Below the pieces are notes generated by a model that saw only the letters and a list, made by a program, of their open reading frames with translations, did no database searches and was not told the origin of the DNA. Shown here piece after piece: positions 9,824-21,563 of a DNA stretch of 64,000 nt. Every line of letters starts with the position of its first letter. The stretch's first letter is position 1. Source of the stretch: a bacterium. GTDB lineage: Bacteria; Hinthialibacterota; Hinthialibacteria; Hinthialibacterales; Hinthialibacteraceae. The translations under genes and the position numbers were made by a program. The stretch is from positions 1,056,001 to 1,120,000 of the forward strand of contig CAXXMV010000008.1 of the NCBI GenBank assembly GCA_963662285.2. Reading direction: 5' to 3'.

Positions 9824-12259
9824 ATGATGTCATGCTATAAGCGATTGGCTATTATTCTGTTAATGGGCTGGTTTATTCAACTAAATACTATTCAAGCGCA
9901 ACAGTTGAATCGACCTCAACCAGTGGGTTTTGATCCCTCAACTTCAGCTGTTCAACCAGCCCAAAACCAACCGGCAGCCTACCCGCAAACAACTACTAAT
10001 AAATCCAGCTCACCATCATCAGCGACTAGCGTCAGCCTTGCTCCTATGACGCAGCCTGCTGCAAAAACGCTCTACATTTTTGATACGGAAAAATATTTGC
10101 TTAAACAACCAGAGAATAAGAGTTGGCAATATGACGTCATCAATCTGGTCACCACATTACAAGGTTTGGTTAATCGACAACAGCCCCAACTTTATCAATT
10201 ATACGTACGTGAACGCCTCTCAACCAATAATATGAATGTCGACCAATATTGGTTGCAGATTTTACGGGGATCAGACGGCTACCTTTCCGATTACACACTG
10301 GTTCATATAGCTACCATTGAAGAATTACTTGATATTTTCCGCGACTATTACTCGGCTGTTGTTCTATGGGATCAGGAACTTCCAGCGACGGGCAATTTAG
10401 CTCTGACCATCTGCGGCGCCGATGGTTGGCTGCCAGTGCGATACGATCCCTCGCCCGATTCACTTTATACCCAAGTTGTTGCAGGAGGGCCGGAATTACC
10501 CCCGCAATTAAACTTATCCGGTCGTTTCACGGGCGTAGGATTCATTCCCAATACCAACGAAACGCAAAAGAGTACTGAAACCGCCAAAACCGACGCCTAT
10601 CTGTGGTTAAAACAAATGTACCTGGAAAGTGGGCTGTGTGCGCCGAATTATCTGGCTTTCTATCTTGATCCACACGATTGGGATCCCAAAGCGCCGGGTT
10701 ATCAATACCCCGATTTGGACAACTGCTCTATCGTCAATCATGATTACTATATTGGCAAGAAGGCTTTTTTCCTGGATATGGATCCATTTTTCGATGAGTT
10801 CGCTACTGATATATTCGTAGACAATCCATTCAACAAAGGCAAAGACCGTTCCATCCTTGATAGCATTCTACTATCCGCCTATCAAAATACTCCCGGCGAT
10901 GACCGTTTACTCCGGATTGGCGGTTTTATACCATGGTGGATCAAATACAGTTCCGAATATTTACATCCCGGCGGTCGAACCAGTCTTCATACCCGCTCCG
11001 AAGCATCCGAGTTATTTATCAGCCTTATGTCGAGATACAATGGCATCATCGATGCTGATCGAACGCCATTCGCTTCAATCGCCAACTCCTCCGTTTTTCA
11101 GCATATCCCACTAAAAAACAGGTATTTCCAGAATCCCGTGCCCCATACAGGAATACTCGAACCGAATACCAATTATATTTTGTTCTCTATCGGAGATTTC
11201 AATTCATCCGCCCAGCTATATCAAACAATCCCCAGTTTATGGCAGGATTCAATGCGCGGTGAATTACCAATCACCTGGTCTATTGCTCCAATCTTAAGTG
11301 AACGGGTTCCTCATATATTTGATTTTCTTTACAAAACCCGAACGGATAACGATTATTTCGTTTCTGGAACGCCGGGAGCAGGGCTTTGTTACATCAACAA
11401 TTTCATCCCTCAAAATCGGCCTGAAGGATTAGAAAATGGTCTATATTTCTGGGAAAAAATATCAAAAATGCTATATCGTAAATTTGATTTACGAACCACT
11501 CTGGCGGGCGATTTATCAACCGATGTTCGCACCGTGACTTTTTCTGAAGACCTGCAACGCGCTTTCAAATCTTTCTCTCCCCACGGCGTAGGGGTTCTTA
11601 AACGCTATCAGACGCCTCTGATAGATAATATATTGCCTTTCACCCTCGAAAACGCGAATTATCTTTCTAAAATGCCCGATTTCGAGATTGTCATACAACG
11701 CATTCTATCTGTAAGCAAAAAAGATGAACCGAGTTTCCAGATTTACCGTTTTAACAACGCAAATCCAACTACTCTATTTTTGCTATACAAAGAACTAGTC
11801 CAGAATTATTCGGATGAGTACAGATTTAAAATTGTCGATCCATTCACCTTCTTCTACCTGCTTCGTCAATCATACAGCGGCAACGATCCCTCCTCTAATT
11901 TCCTCATCCCTGAGTTTCTTTCCCATACTATTCCTATGGAAATGGAACAGGGAAAAACCTATCAAACTACAGTAACTTTGAGAAATGATGGCTGGGACAT
12001 CTGGAATCCTGCCAATATTAATCCCAATCAACGTTACCGTCTTACCTATAAATGGTTTGAAGAAAGTCAAGAAATTTCTACTATTGGAACCCATGACGCC
12101 TATGTCAACGGGCCAGTCCTGCCCAACGACCAGACAACCCTGGTGCTCAATATTCAAAGCCCCGAAAAAAGCGGATTATACCGCCTGGTTCTGATATATG
12201 GCCAGGAAAATGTCCGTGAATCATATTTGGATAAAGAACTACTAATATTTATCAACTAA
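9824..12259 (+). CDS. Secreted GxGYxYP-family putative glycoside hydrolase with C-terminal Ig-like domain
   Basis: Signal peptide, Q/P/S-rich linker, TLQGLVNR..PQLY, APGYQYP, IGDFNS, PITWSIAP, NDYFVSG..GAG; C-terminal VTLRNDG..W..YRLTYKW (NBR1-like Ig). Confidence 0.7.
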   Translation: MMSCYKRLAIILLMGWFIQLNTIQAQQLNRPQPVGFDPSTSAVQPAQNQPAAYPQTTTNKSSSPSSATSVSLAPMTQPAAKTLYIFDTEKYLLKQPENKSWQYDVINLVTTLQGLVNRQQPQLYQLYVRERLSTNNMNVDQYWLQILRGSDGYLSDYTLVHIATIEELLDIFRDYYSAVVLWDQELPATGNLALTICGADGWLPVRYDPSPDSLYTQVVAGGPELPPQLNLSGRFTGVGFIPNTNETQKSTETAKTDAYLWLKQMYLESGLCAPNYLAFYLDPHDWDPKAPGYQYPDLDNCSIVNHDYYIGKKAFFLDMDPFFDEFATDIFVDNPFNKGKDRSILDSILLSAYQNTPGDDRLLRIGGFIPWWIKYSSEYLHPGGRTSLHTRSEASELFISLMSRYNGIIDADRTPFASIANSSVFQHIPLKNRYFQNPVPHTGILEPNTNYILFSIGDFNSSAQLYQTIPSLWQDSMRGELPITWSIAPILSERVPHIFDFLYKTRTDNDYFVSGTPGAGLCYINNFIPQNRPEGLENGLYFWEKISKMLYRKFDLRTTLAGDLSTDVRTVTFSEDLQRAFKSFSPHGVGVLKRYQTPLIDNILPFTLENANYLSKMPDFEIVIQRILSVSKKDEPSFQIYRFNNANPTTLFLLYKELVQNYSDEYRFKIVDPFTFFYLLRQSYSGNDPSSNFLIPEFLSHTIPMEMEQGKTYQTTVTLRNDGWDIWNPANINPNQRYRLTYKWFEESQEISTIGTHDAYVNGPVLPNDQTTLVLNIQSPEKSGLYRLVLIYGQENVRESYLDKELLIFIN

Positions 12260-12522
12260 GTCTATAATGAATCATTGTGAACATGAATCAAACAATTTTC
12301 AAAACGATTTTGAATGATATTTTCTATATCTTTAATTAAGTTAAATTCCTAATAAACGATACTTATCCATTGAATTATCTGGTTATTAGTGAAAAAATCT
12401 CGTTAGAAAATAATAGAAAGAACGCAACCGATTTAATAAGCAATATTTTTCACATAAAATAATAAACTGTTGCGCTGTTTCTCAAAAATACAAAAATAAA
12501 AAAGAATCGAGTTAATAATAGA

Positions 12523-12972
12523 ATGGATTTTGAATTCATTGAACGCGTTGTTAGATTAGTCGAAGAGGCTGAGATTGGCGAGTTAGAACTCAAGTCAGAA
12601 GAAGGTCTGCATCTGATTGTAAAAAAACAATCCGATCTTCATTTTGCCGCCCCGGTCATGCCTCAAATGATGGCTGGCGCCATGCCTGCTCCCACAGCGC
12701 CAGCTGCGCCTGCCGCTGCTCCGGAAGATGATTCTATAGAATTAATCAAGTCGCCCATGGTAGGAACCTTCTACTGTGCGCCAGCTCCAGATGCTCCGCC
12801 ATTCGTTGAACCGGGTAATGTGGTTCAGACCAGCACCGTGGTCTGCATTCTCGAAGCCATGAAAGTCATGAACGAAATTAAAGCCGGTATATCAGGAACC
12901 ATTCAGGAAGTCATGGTGGAAAACGGTCAACCAGTCGAATTCGGCCAGGCCCTTTTCAAAATCAAGAAATAA
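12523..12972 (+). CDS. accB: Acetyl-CoA carboxylase biotin carboxyl carrier protein
   Basis: [17 protein letters not shown] biotinylation motif, A/P-rich linker. Confidence 0.97.
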   Translation: MDFEFIERVVRLVEEAEIGELELKSEEGLHLIVKKQSDLHFAAPVMPQMMAGAMPAPTAPAAPAAAPEDDSIELIKSPMVGTFYCAPAPDAPPFVEPGNVVQTSTVVCILEAMKVMNEIKAGISGTIQEVMVENGQPVEFGQALFKIKK

Positions 12973-13204
12973 CTCTTTGTTTCATGCCGTTATGATTTGC
13001 ATCTTCCATAGTTCCACCAGATTCAATTTTATATTTGGCATTCAATATATAGATGAGTCAACGGTTGGGCGGGATATTCATAAGAACAGTTCTCAAAAAT
13101 ATATTTGCATTCAATTATGTTATATCTTCCCGAAAGTCGATAACCGGCTTTTGGGAGATGCTTAAATAAACTTAATTGATCAAATCACTCTAAAGAGACT
13201 AAGA

Positions 13205-14566
13205 ATGTTTAAAAAAATTCTAATCGCCAATCGCGGCGAAATAGCTTTACGCATAATTCGCGCTTGCAAGGAACTGGGTATTTCAACCGTTGCGGTTTAT
13301 TCCATAGCAGACCGGGATTCGCTCCATGTCCGCTTTGCTGATGAAGCTGTCTGCATCGGACCTCCGGCGCCGGCAGACTCATACCTTAACATTGCCCGTA
13401 TTATTTCCGCCGCCGAAATCACCGACTCAGAAGCAATCCATCCCGGTTACGGCTTCCTGGCCGAAAATCCCGGATTCGCTGAAATTTGTAATTCCTGTAA
13501 AATTGTCTTCATCGGACCTTCTCCCGAGGCCATCAATATGATGGGTGATAAATCCATCGCCCGCTCTACTATGGCCAAAGAGGGCATTCCAACCATTCCC
13601 GGCTCTAAGGGTATTATTGAATGCGCCGAGGAAGCGGTTAATCTGGCTAATAAAATCGGATACCCCGTCATGGTCAAAGCCGCTTCCGGCGGAGGGGGAC
13701 GCGGCATGCGCACGGCTCATACCGACGTCAGCCTGGTGCAGTCTTTTATCACTGCTCAAGCTGAAGCCGAAAAAGCCTTTGGCGACCAACGGCTCTATCT
13801 CGAAAAGATGATCGTTGATCCACACCACGTCGAAATCCAGATTCTGGCCGATCAGCAAGGCAATATTATTCATTTAGGCGAACGCGACTGTTCTTTGCAG
13901 CGACGCCATCAAAAAGTCGTTGAAGAATCTCCTTCTCCCGCAGTGGATGACGATCTAAGAAAACGCATGGGTGACATGGCTATCCAATGCGCTAAAGCCG
14001 TTAACTATTACAGCGCCGGCACTATAGAGTTTCTGCTGGATAAAGACAATAATTTCTATTTCATGGAAATGAACACCCGCGTCCAGGTCGAACATCCGGT
14101 AACCGAAATGGTCTCTGGCGTGGATGTTATTAAAGAGCAGATTCGCATTGCGGCAGGCGAACCGCTCACCCTTAAGCAGGAAGAGATCATCCTTCGTGGA
14201 CATGCCATCGAATGCCGCATAAATGCGGAAGACCCGGCCAATCAGTATCTTCCCTGCCCCGGCAAGATCACCGCTTTCCATATGCCCGGCGGTCCCGGCA
14301 TCAGAGTTGATTCTCACGCTTATGCTGAATATGTCGTCCCCCCGTTTTATGATTCTTTGATTGCCAAATTATGCGCTTACGGCAAGGATCGTGAAGAGGC
14401 CATTATTAAAATGCGCCGCGCACTGGACGAATTCATCGTTGAAGGCATCCCCACTACCATCCCCCTGCATCAAAAGATAATGCAGGATTCCGGTTTCACC
14501 TCTGGTAAATTCAACACCGGACACCTGGATTCAATCCACAAACGCTTTGAGAAGGATCATTCATAA
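13205..14566 (+). CDS. accC: Acetyl-CoA carboxylase biotin carboxylase
   Basis: [55 protein letters not shown]. Confidence 0.98.
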   Translation: MFKKILIANRGEIALRIIRACKELGISTVAVYSIADRDSLHVRFADEAVCIGPPAPADSYLNIARIISAAEITDSEAIHPGYGFLAENPGFAEICNSCKIVFIGPSPEAINMMGDKSIARSTMAKEGIPTIPGSKGIIECAEEAVNLANKIGYPVMVKAASGGGGRGMRTAHTDVSLVQSFITAQAEAEKAFGDQRLYLEKMIVDPHHVEIQILADQQGNIIHLGERDCSLQRRHQKVVEESPSPAVDDDLRKRMGDMAIQCAKAVNYYSAGTIEFLLDKDNNFYFMEMNTRVQVEHPVTEMVSGVDVIKEQIRIAAGEPLTLKQEEIILRGHAIECRINAEDPANQYLPCPGKITAFHMPGGPGIRVDSHAYAEYVVPPFYDSLIAKLCAYGKDREEAIIKMRRALDEFIVEGIPTTIPLHQKIMQDSGFTSGKFNTGHLDSIHKRFEKDHS

Positions 14567-14605
14567 TATCAAAGCATCTCCAATTGCTCAAATCAAACAT
14601 TATAC

Positions 14606-14637
14606 AAAACCGCGTCTCTTCCAGACGCGGTTTTTTT
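14606..14637 (+). terminator. Rho-independent terminator of accBC
   Basis: aaaaccgcgtct-cttcc-agacgcgg followed by T7. Confidence 0.85.
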
Positions 14638-14749
14638 ATCATTGTAATGAAAAAAACCAAGACCTTTAGTATTGCGGTATGATCCGCAATAATAGTACAA
14701 AGCATCTAGATATATTGAAACGAATCTTTCTTGCTAAAGGATAAAAACA

Positions 14750-16222
14750 ATGGCTTCTTTAACCAGACGTAATTTCCTGAAACGTGGTTTAGCGGTTGGA
14801 GCAACTACGGCATTACCATCAACCTTCTTTATCGGCAATTCATTTAGCGCGAATGATACTATCGGTATCGGAATCATGGGCATGGGATGGCGCGGCGGCC
14901 AACTATCTGATAGTTTCATAAAACAACAAGGCTGCCGTATTGTCGCTATTGCTGATCCAGACAAGACGCTGGCAGCTAAAGCCTCAAATTTCGAAGGCGC
15001 CAAAGGTTATAACGACTTCCGCAAAATGCTCGACGACCCAAGAGTTGACGTCGTAGTGGTATCTACCTGCAACCACTGGCATTGCCTGGCTTCGATAATG
15101 GCCATGCAGGCTGGCAAAGATGTATACGTGGAAAAACCTCTTTCTCACACCCAATGGGAAGGACGCCAGGTTGTCAATGCAGCGCGTAAATATAAAAAAG
15201 TTGTGCAACTGGGCACCCAGCACCGTTCCGACCTTCAACTCCAGTTAGCAGCCAAAAAATTTCTGCATGAAGACAAAAAACTGGGCAAGATTCTTTATGT
15301 GCAAGCCAACCGCCTTGGCGTACGTGAACCGATTGGCAAGCGTCAGACTCCGTTAGAGATTTCTAAAGACATCGATTATAACTTATGGCTTGGACCGGCG
15401 GCGGATCAACCCATTTTCCGCGATAAACTGCACTATGACTGGCATTGGGATTTCAATACCGGTAATGGTGAGATGGGCAACTGGGGCGTGCACATTATGG
15501 ATGACGTACGTAATGTATGCTACCAGGATTCGGTAATACTCCCCAAACGAATTCTTGCTGTAGGTGGACGCGCCGCATGGGGTGACGCAGGAAACACGCC
15601 GAACGTTCATTTCGTCTGCTTCGATACCGGGACATTCCCGACTATTCTGGCGCTTTCCAATATGACCCAGGTTCCCAACAAAAAAGACTCGTGGAGCGTT
15701 AAAGCTGATCGTGATTTTTCCGGACCGGAAAGTGGATATGTGGTTGCCTGTGAAGGGGGATATTATCTCGGTCAACGCGGATCGGGCAAAGCTATTGATC
15801 TACAGGGAAAAGAAATTGCGAAGTTCAGAGGCGGCGACCGGGTATTCCTTCACACCGGGAATTTTCTCAAAGCAGTTCGCAAGCAGGACAACAGCATGCT
15901 TAATGCAGAAGTCGAAGTCGGCCATGCCTCTACGGGATGGTGCAACCTGGCCAACGTGGCTTTCCAGGTTGGTGAAACCTATTCGCGCGATATAGCTGAA
16001 TCGATTCTACCCAAGTCGGATGTATGGGGTAAAATACTGGATAACATGGAAGAACAACTCGGTAATTTCAAGGTTTCCATGAAAGACCCTTGCATCAAAA
16101 TGAGCCAGATACTGACCCATGATCCTCAAACCGAACGCTTTGTCGGAGAACATGCCGCCGAAGCCAATAAACACCTGAAACGCGCCTATCGCGATCCATT
16201 TGTTGTACCTGAGATTAGCTGA
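14750..16222 (+). CDS. Tat-exported Gfo/Idh/MocA oxidoreductase
   Basis: SLTRRNFLK twin-arginine signal; GIMGMGWRG Rossmann motif; DVYVEKP; NWGVHIMD. Confidence 0.92.
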   Translation: MASLTRRNFLKRGLAVGATTALPSTFFIGNSFSANDTIGIGIMGMGWRGGQLSDSFIKQQGCRIVAIADPDKTLAAKASNFEGAKGYNDFRKMLDDPRVDVVVVSTCNHWHCLASIMAMQAGKDVYVEKPLSHTQWEGRQVVNAARKYKKVVQLGTQHRSDLQLQLAAKKFLHEDKKLGKILYVQANRLGVREPIGKRQTPLEISKDIDYNLWLGPAADQPIFRDKLHYDWHWDFNTGNGEMGNWGVHIMDDVRNVCYQDSVILPKRILAVGGRAAWGDAGNTPNVHFVCFDTGTFPTILALSNMTQVPNKKDSWSVKADRDFSGPESGYVVACEGGYYLGQRGSGKAIDLQGKEIAKFRGGDRVFLHTGNFLKAVRKQDNSMLNAEVEVGHASTGWCNLANVAFQVGETYSRDIAESILPKSDVWGKILDNMEEQLGNFKVSMKDPCIKMSQILTHDPQTERFVGEHAAEANKHLKRAYRDPFVVPEIS

Positions 16223-16247
16223 TATCAAAATCATATTTAGATATATT

Positions 16248-16279
16248 AAAGCCACCGCATTTCCCGCGGTGGCTTTTTT
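16248..16279 (+). terminator. Rho-independent terminator
   Basis: gccaccgc-atttccc-gcggtggc followed by T6. Confidence 0.85.
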
Positions 16280-16340
16280 CGTATCATGAATTGTATTATA
16301 TTATTTTCGTCCCCTATTATGATTCCGAGGAGTCCTAATC

Positions 16341-18479
16341 ATGAACCAGCCGCGTATTATATCAGTCTTTTATCTCTTGACGTTTATCCTGTTTTTTTTA
16401 CCCACATGCTCCGCATATTATTATATAGCCCCCGATGGTAACGATGCATGGAGCGGGAATCTTCCTAAACCAAATCAGGATAAAACAGATGGACCACTCG
16501 CGTCTATCCAAGGCGCTCGTGATGCAATACGCAATACCAAAAGCATAATGTCATGGCCTCAATCATATACAGTTGTGCTTGCGGATGGTACTTATCATAT
16601 AGATAAGCCGATTTTGTTCACTCCACAAGACAGCGGCGCTGATAAACTTCCCATCATCTTTACCGCCGCCAAAGACACTAAACCGATCATCAGCGGTGGC
16701 CGCGCCATAACCGGATGGAAGCGCGGCGATGATGGCGTCTGGTCGGCTCAGGTTCCAGCGGTTGCCAGAGGAGAATGGTATTTTGAACAACTGTGGATTA
16801 ACGGTAGACGCGCAATGCGGGCGAGAACGCCCGATACGTTCTTCAACTACATGATTGATGTAGATGAAGAGGTTCTGGTTGCAGGCAGTAGTCCCCGCAG
16901 GGCCAAAAAAGCGCGGCAAACCATTAAGGTATGGCCCGAAGATTTGCAACTGCTTAGAGGCTTAAGCCATCAAGAGCAGCAAGACGTTAATTTACTGGCC
17001 TATCATAAATGGGATAACACCCGCCGCTTTCTGGAATCGATTGACGTGGATGAAGGTTTGATGGTGACCAGCGGCACAGGGATGAAGGAATGGAATCCAT
17101 TAACCAAAAATACCGGCTATGTGTTAGAGAATTTCCGGGCGGCGTTGGATCAACCGGGTGAATGGTTTTTATCGCGTGACGGAATTATTTATTATAAACC
17201 TCTGCCCGATGAAAATATGTATACCGCCAAAGTCATTGCTCCAGTGGCGGATAAATTTCTTGTTTTCGAGGGCGACTACGCCAACTCAAAATATGTAAGT
17301 CATATCACATTCCAAAATCTTTCTTTTCAATATACCCAATGGATAACTCCGCCTAGCGGTTTTGAAGCGGCGCAGGCGGCGGCGCCCATTGATGCAGTAG
17401 TGCAGTTGGACGGAGCGCAAAATATCACCTTCGATAATTGCGAGTTCGCCCATACTGGAACTTATGCAATGTGGTTCAGAAAAGGCTGCCGGGGTTGTTG
17501 GGTCAAGCATTGCCATTTCCATGATATGGGCGCCGGAGGCGTCCGCATCGGCGACAGCGCCGTACCAACCAACGAGAATGAACAGACCAGCCATAATGTA
17601 GTCGACAACTCGATTATCCGGCATGGCGGCCGCGTCTTTCCCTGCGCAGTTGGAGTATGGATCGGACAAAGCGGCTATAACCAGATTACCCATAACGAAA
17701 TCGCCGATTTATATTACAGCGGCGTTTCGGTAGGCTGGCGTTGGGGATACGGAGACAGCATGGCGCAACGCAACCAGATCGATTACAACCATATCCACCA
17801 TCTAGGCTGGGGCTGGTTAAGCGATATGGGCGCGGTTTATACGCTGGGACCATCAGAAGGAACTACCGTCAATAATAATGTCATCCACGATATATATTCC
17901 TGGAGTTATGGCGGGTGGGGTCTATACAACGATGAAGGCAGCACCGGAATTGAGATGGCCAACAACCTGGTCTACAACACCAAGACAGGTGGATACCATC
18001 AGCATTACGGTAAGCAAAACCACATCCACAATAATATCCTGGCTTTCAGTAAAGATCATCAGGTGCAGTTGACCCGCGTCGAGGATCATCTCTTGTTCAC
18101 TTTTGAAAACAATATCGTCTATTGGAAAACCGGGCCATTGTTTAAGGGACCTTGGATCAAAGCCAATGTGGAACTGGATCATAATCTATACTGGAACGCC
18201 TCTGGTGATGAAATCACTTTCTTAAAAAAGAGTTTCAGCGAATGGCGGGAAAACGGTTATGATCAGAACTCTATAATCGCCGATCCCGGTTTTGTTAATC
18301 CAGATAAGTATGATTTCCGCTTAAAACCAGATTCTCCGGCAATTAAGATTGACTTTGTTCCATTTGATCCAAGTAAAGCTGGCGTGTATGGGGATGATGC
18401 ATGGACTGCGCTGGCGCAGAGCGTCACCTATCCAGCATGGCGGACGCCCCCGAAGCCGCGTACGGTTCCACCGAAATAA
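16341..18479 (+). CDS. Secreted right-handed parallel beta-helix protein (putative glycoside hydrolase/lyase)
   Basis: [33 protein letters not shown], repeated N-x-I-x-x-N-x-I turns, [17 protein letters not shown]. Confidence 0.85.
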   Translation: MNQPRIISVFYLLTFILFFLPTCSAYYYIAPDGNDAWSGNLPKPNQDKTDGPLASIQGARDAIRNTKSIMSWPQSYTVVLADGTYHIDKPILFTPQDSGADKLPIIFTAAKDTKPIISGGRAITGWKRGDDGVWSAQVPAVARGEWYFEQLWINGRRAMRARTPDTFFNYMIDVDEEVLVAGSSPRRAKKARQTIKVWPEDLQLLRGLSHQEQQDVNLLAYHKWDNTRRFLESIDVDEGLMVTSGTGMKEWNPLTKNTGYVLENFRAALDQPGEWFLSRDGIIYYKPLPDENMYTAKVIAPVADKFLVFEGDYANSKYVSHITFQNLSFQYTQWITPPSGFEAAQAAAPIDAVVQLDGAQNITFDNCEFAHTGTYAMWFRKGCRGCWVKHCHFHDMGAGGVRIGDSAVPTNENEQTSHNVVDNSIIRHGGRVFPCAVGVWIGQSGYNQITHNEIADLYYSGVSVGWRWGYGDSMAQRNQIDYNHIHHLGWGWLSDMGAVYTLGPSEGTTVNNNVIHDIYSWSYGGWGLYNDEGSTGIEMANNLVYNTKTGGYHQHYGKQNHIHNNILAFSKDHQVQLTRVEDHLLFTFENNIVYWKTGPLFKGPWIKANVELDHNLYWNASGDEITFLKKSFSEWRENGYDQNSIIADPGFVNPDKYDFRLKPDSPAIKIDFVPFDPSKAGVYGDDAWTALAQSVTYPAWRTPPKPRTVPPK

Positions 18480-18503
18480 TACCAAAACTTATAATGATAG
18501 GTC

Positions 18504-18543
18504 GGGCGCCAAGGGCAAGACCGCAATGCGGTCAGCCCTTGAT
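18504..18543 (+). repeat. REP-like palindrome, family A copy 1
   Basis: gggcgc-CAAGGGC-aa-GACCGCA-a-TGCGGTC-a-GCCCTTG-at; 18510-18543 is identical to 43798-43831. Confidence 0.85.
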
Positions 18544-18581
18544 GCGATTACTGATGATTTTGCGTACTGCTCATGCAATTC

Positions 18582-18896
18582 TCATAATAAGCGCTCTCTG
18601 AGTTTGGCTAGCATATCCATTCGTTCATGCAAAACGGCAATGATAATGGGCTTTTCACCTTTGGTATGCAGGAAAAAAAGATAATGATGTTCACAATGAG
18701 TGGATTTCAAATGGAGGTGAATATGCAGAAAAGATTTGCAAATGGCTTCACCTGAAGCAATCTTTTCACATCCAATTTCTAAAGCATTAAGATAGCGTCC
18801 AGCCTGTTTTGCGCCCCATGTTTTACAGGTATAGCGACCAATTTCAAGCAAATCCTTCTCTGCTGCTTCTGATAGGATGAAAGAAGGCATATTCAA
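18582..18896 (-). CDS. ParE/RelE family type II toxin
   Basis: FILSEAAEKDLLEIGRYT..TWGAKQA.RY; HYLFF..IIAVLHERMD. Confidence 0.9.
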   Translation of the reverse strand: MNMPSFILSEAAEKDLLEIGRYTCKTWGAKQAGRYLNALEIGCEKIASGEAICKSFLHIHLHLKSTHCEHHYLFFLHTKGEKPIIIAVLHERMDMLAKLRERLL

Positions 18897-19162
18897 GACT
18901 CAGCGCTGGTAATGGCTTCCTGCTTGATCTGGGCGAATGTCTTATGGGAAAGTTCTCCACGCTCCGCCGCTTCTATACGCGGTTTCAATAAAGCGTCCAA
19001 TTGCTGAAGCGCTGCAATCTCGGTTAACGATGTTTCATTCGACTGAGAAGAAAGAGTTCGTTCCAATACATATTCCTTGATGCTTTGTCCACGCAAAGCG
19101 GCCAATTCTTCTAAACGCTTATGTTGTTCCTGCGTCATATCAATGGAAAGTCTTGGCATCAT
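18893..19162 (-). CDS. Antitoxin (ribbon-helix-helix, DUF1778/ParD-like)
   Basis: RLSIDMTQEQHKRL..LAALRGQSIKEYVLER; 4-nt overlap with the downstream toxin. Confidence 0.85.
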   Translation of the reverse strand: MMPRLSIDMTQEQHKRLEELAALRGQSIKEYVLERTLSSQSNETSLTEIAALQQLDALLKPRIEAAERGELSHKTFAQIKQEAITSAES

Positions 19163-19194
19163 TGCCTCTCCCTTGCTTGTAATCTGATAATATT

Positions 19195-19224
19195 ATTATA
19201 ACCTATAAAACAACATTGGTTCAA
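19195..19224 (-). promoter_or_regulatory. Putative sigma70 promoter of the TA operon
   Basis: Minus strand TTGAAC-N18-TATAAT, overlapping the palindrome ataatattat (possible operator). Confidence 0.55.
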
Positions 19225-19260
19225 TAGCGTTATTTTTTCATAAATAAGCGCGATTCATCA

Positions 19261-21300
19261 TCAATACAGCATCCATCCCGGCAATTCCGTCCATTCGCTG
19301 ATATCCCAAACTGAACTATTAAGCAACAACTTGCCATTCGAAGATAAATCGATATTAATCATGGCGCCGATTTGATCGAGTGTTTTGATGTGTGTTCTGG
19401 TATGTGCGTCATATAAATTCGCTCCGAAAGCTGTAGAACCAGCCGCCATGAATCGCCCGTCCGGGGAAAAGCAGGCTTTGTGAATTCCATTAGTATGTTT
19501 ATTGAAGACGCTGATTTCTTCACCAGTAGCGGCGTCCCATACAATCGCTTCTGTTCCCAGAAATCCGGCTATGATATATCTTCCATCAGGAGAAAATTCC
19601 ACACTGAAAACAGCGCTTTTGGAAACAGGAAAATCATTAATCAAATCCCCGGTTTCGGTTTGCCATAACAAGGCTTGACCAATGCCTTTGTTAAATTCAC
19701 CGCTGCCGGAAATAACTTGCTTCCCGTCAGTAGAAAAATCAACGCAACGGGCCGGACCTTCATGTTCCAAGTATTTTAATAGGGATTCACCATTTTCAGT
19801 ATTCCAGATAACGATAGTTCCGTCTTCGCTGGCGGTGGCGATGCGGTCGCCGATAGGCGAGAATACGATATCGTTAATTTGATCAGAATGGCCTTCCAGA
19901 GTAAGCAATTCTTCTCCACTATCAAAGCGCCAGACTTTCGCCGCGCCATCGTTCGCGCCTGCGGCGACTAACTGACCGTCGGAGGAGATGTTAACGCAGA
20001 TAGCGGCGCCATTGAGTCCTGTTAGCGTACGAATATTCTTACCCGTCTCTGAGTCCCAAATCCTGATGGTTGGATCAAAGTCTTCACTTTCTCCGGAGCA
20101 ACTGACGACTTTTGTTCCATCAGGGGTAAATACGGCATCGGATAAATAACCGACGAATCCAGTGAATGAGGTTAGTAACTTTTTCTGCTTAATACTCCAG
20201 AGCAATAATGTATTATCATTATGCCGGGTGATGAAGAGGTCGCCGTCCGGTGAAAAATCAATATACCTGAATCCTTCGCATTCTCCTTCGAACGAGAATG
20301 CTTCCTCACCGGTTAGCCGATCCCAAATCCGGGGAGCGGTTCCCATAGTCGCCCCGCCGCCTGCATGAAAAATAGGCTGTGTTGCGTAGCCGCCCACTAT
20401 TACATACTGATCATCGTGTGGAAATCCTCCGTTAACATATCCTGCAATTTTGGTTGAGAATTCCGTTTGAAGCGTTTCATTTTCTAGGTCAAAAAGATAG
20501 AAAAAGTAGTTTTCGTTATCGTTAGCGCTATTAAAGCCGTATACCAGTAACGATTTTCCATCATCCGAAAAAGCAACGATATCCAGAATCTTACCCAAAT
20601 CAAGCAGGTCAAAAGTATGCGAAATTTCTCCCGTCGTGATATCTATCCATTCAACATATTGTTCTTCCATAGGATGCGAGGGATTTGGAGAGACCTTTAT
20701 AAATGATAACACGGATTTTCCATCAGAAGAGAAAACCGATTCCGATCTTCCACTATACCCTTTGGGAGTCCAGAAATTTATTACCTCTCCGGTTTCGATT
20801 TCCATTACTATTGAAGATTCTGAACCACCGAACAATGCCAGTTTTCCATCCGTCGATACATCCAGGGAGTGCAGGGGTTGTCTAAAATATGTGCTGAAAA
20901 TTTCAGGCTTATTAGGGATATCCCACAACTCCTTATTCTGGTCGAGATCAAAAAGCATGGGATATGCATTACTGTGTGCTAACAATAAATTGGTTCCCGG
21001 AACAAATTGCATAACCTTGATATAGTCTGTTTCAAAAAAACATTTGAGATAAAGTTGATCATCCTGAATATCCCAAATGGTTAATCCTCTTAATGTGGCG
21101 ACGGCAATCATTGAACCATCCGGTGAGAACGCAACGCAAAGCGGCTTACCTAATCCAAGAGTAATTTCTCCGCTCTCTCCCCTGAGAGGCAGAAAATTAT
21201 CATAATCCTGAGTATAAGATGTATGCGGGATGGTTAGAAAAATAATAGCACAAGCAGAAAGACATAAATATATACTTTTGTTTTTCGAGTAGTAATCCAT
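19261..21300 (-). CDS. Secreted WD40 beta-propeller protein
   Basis: Signal peptide; many AFSPDG..IW(D) and GH..V/I repeats; ends TELPGWMLY. Confidence 0.93.
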   Translation of the reverse strand: MDYYSKNKSIYLCLSACAIIFLTIPHTSYTQDYDNFLPLRGESGEITLGLGKPLCVAFSPDGSMIAVATLRGLTIWDIQDDQLYLKCFFETDYIKVMQFVPGTNLLLAHSNAYPMLFDLDQNKELWDIPNKPEIFSTYFRQPLHSLDVSTDGKLALFGGSESSIVMEIETGEVINFWTPKGYSGRSESVFSSDGKSVLSFIKVSPNPSHPMEEQYVEWIDITTGEISHTFDLLDLGKILDIVAFSDDGKSLLVYGFNSANDNENYFFYLFDLENETLQTEFSTKIAGYVNGGFPHDDQYVIVGGYATQPIFHAGGGATMGTAPRIWDRLTGEEAFSFEGECEGFRYIDFSPDGDLFITRHNDNTLLLWSIKQKKLLTSFTGFVGYLSDAVFTPDGTKVVSCSGESEDFDPTIRIWDSETGKNIRTLTGLNGAAICVNISSDGQLVAAGANDGAAKVWRFDSGEELLTLEGHSDQINDIVFSPIGDRIATASEDGTIVIWNTENGESLLKYLEHEGPARCVDFSTDGKQVISGSGEFNKGIGQALLWQTETGDLINDFPVSKSAVFSVEFSPDGRYIIAGFLGTEAIVWDAATGEEISVFNKHTNGIHKACFSPDGRFMAAGSTAFGANLYDAHTRTHIKTLDQIGAMINIDLSSNGKLLLNSSVWDISEWTELPGWMLY

Positions 21301-21563
21301 GACAATTCACCTCAATTACTAGTCTTTGTTATTTAATAATAAGACGGATTATATAAAGTGTCCGGTAGATTTTGTAACAAATTGTAATTGAGGTATATTT
21401 TTATAAATTAGTACAGCAGTAAGTGGAAACGGCTTTGGAGGGCGCTATGAGATGCAATCTTCCTGCATCCTGCTTGATTCCATTCATTATCTATGCAAAA
21501 TGAACAAAGGATAATGAGTAGCAATAATGCTTTACAATTAAATTTAAGTTAAGAGATCAACCA

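Noticed and set aside
12977-13165. 62-aa ORF between accB and accC
   Set aside because: TTG start, no RBS, AT-rich and no recognisable motif; treated as intergenic.
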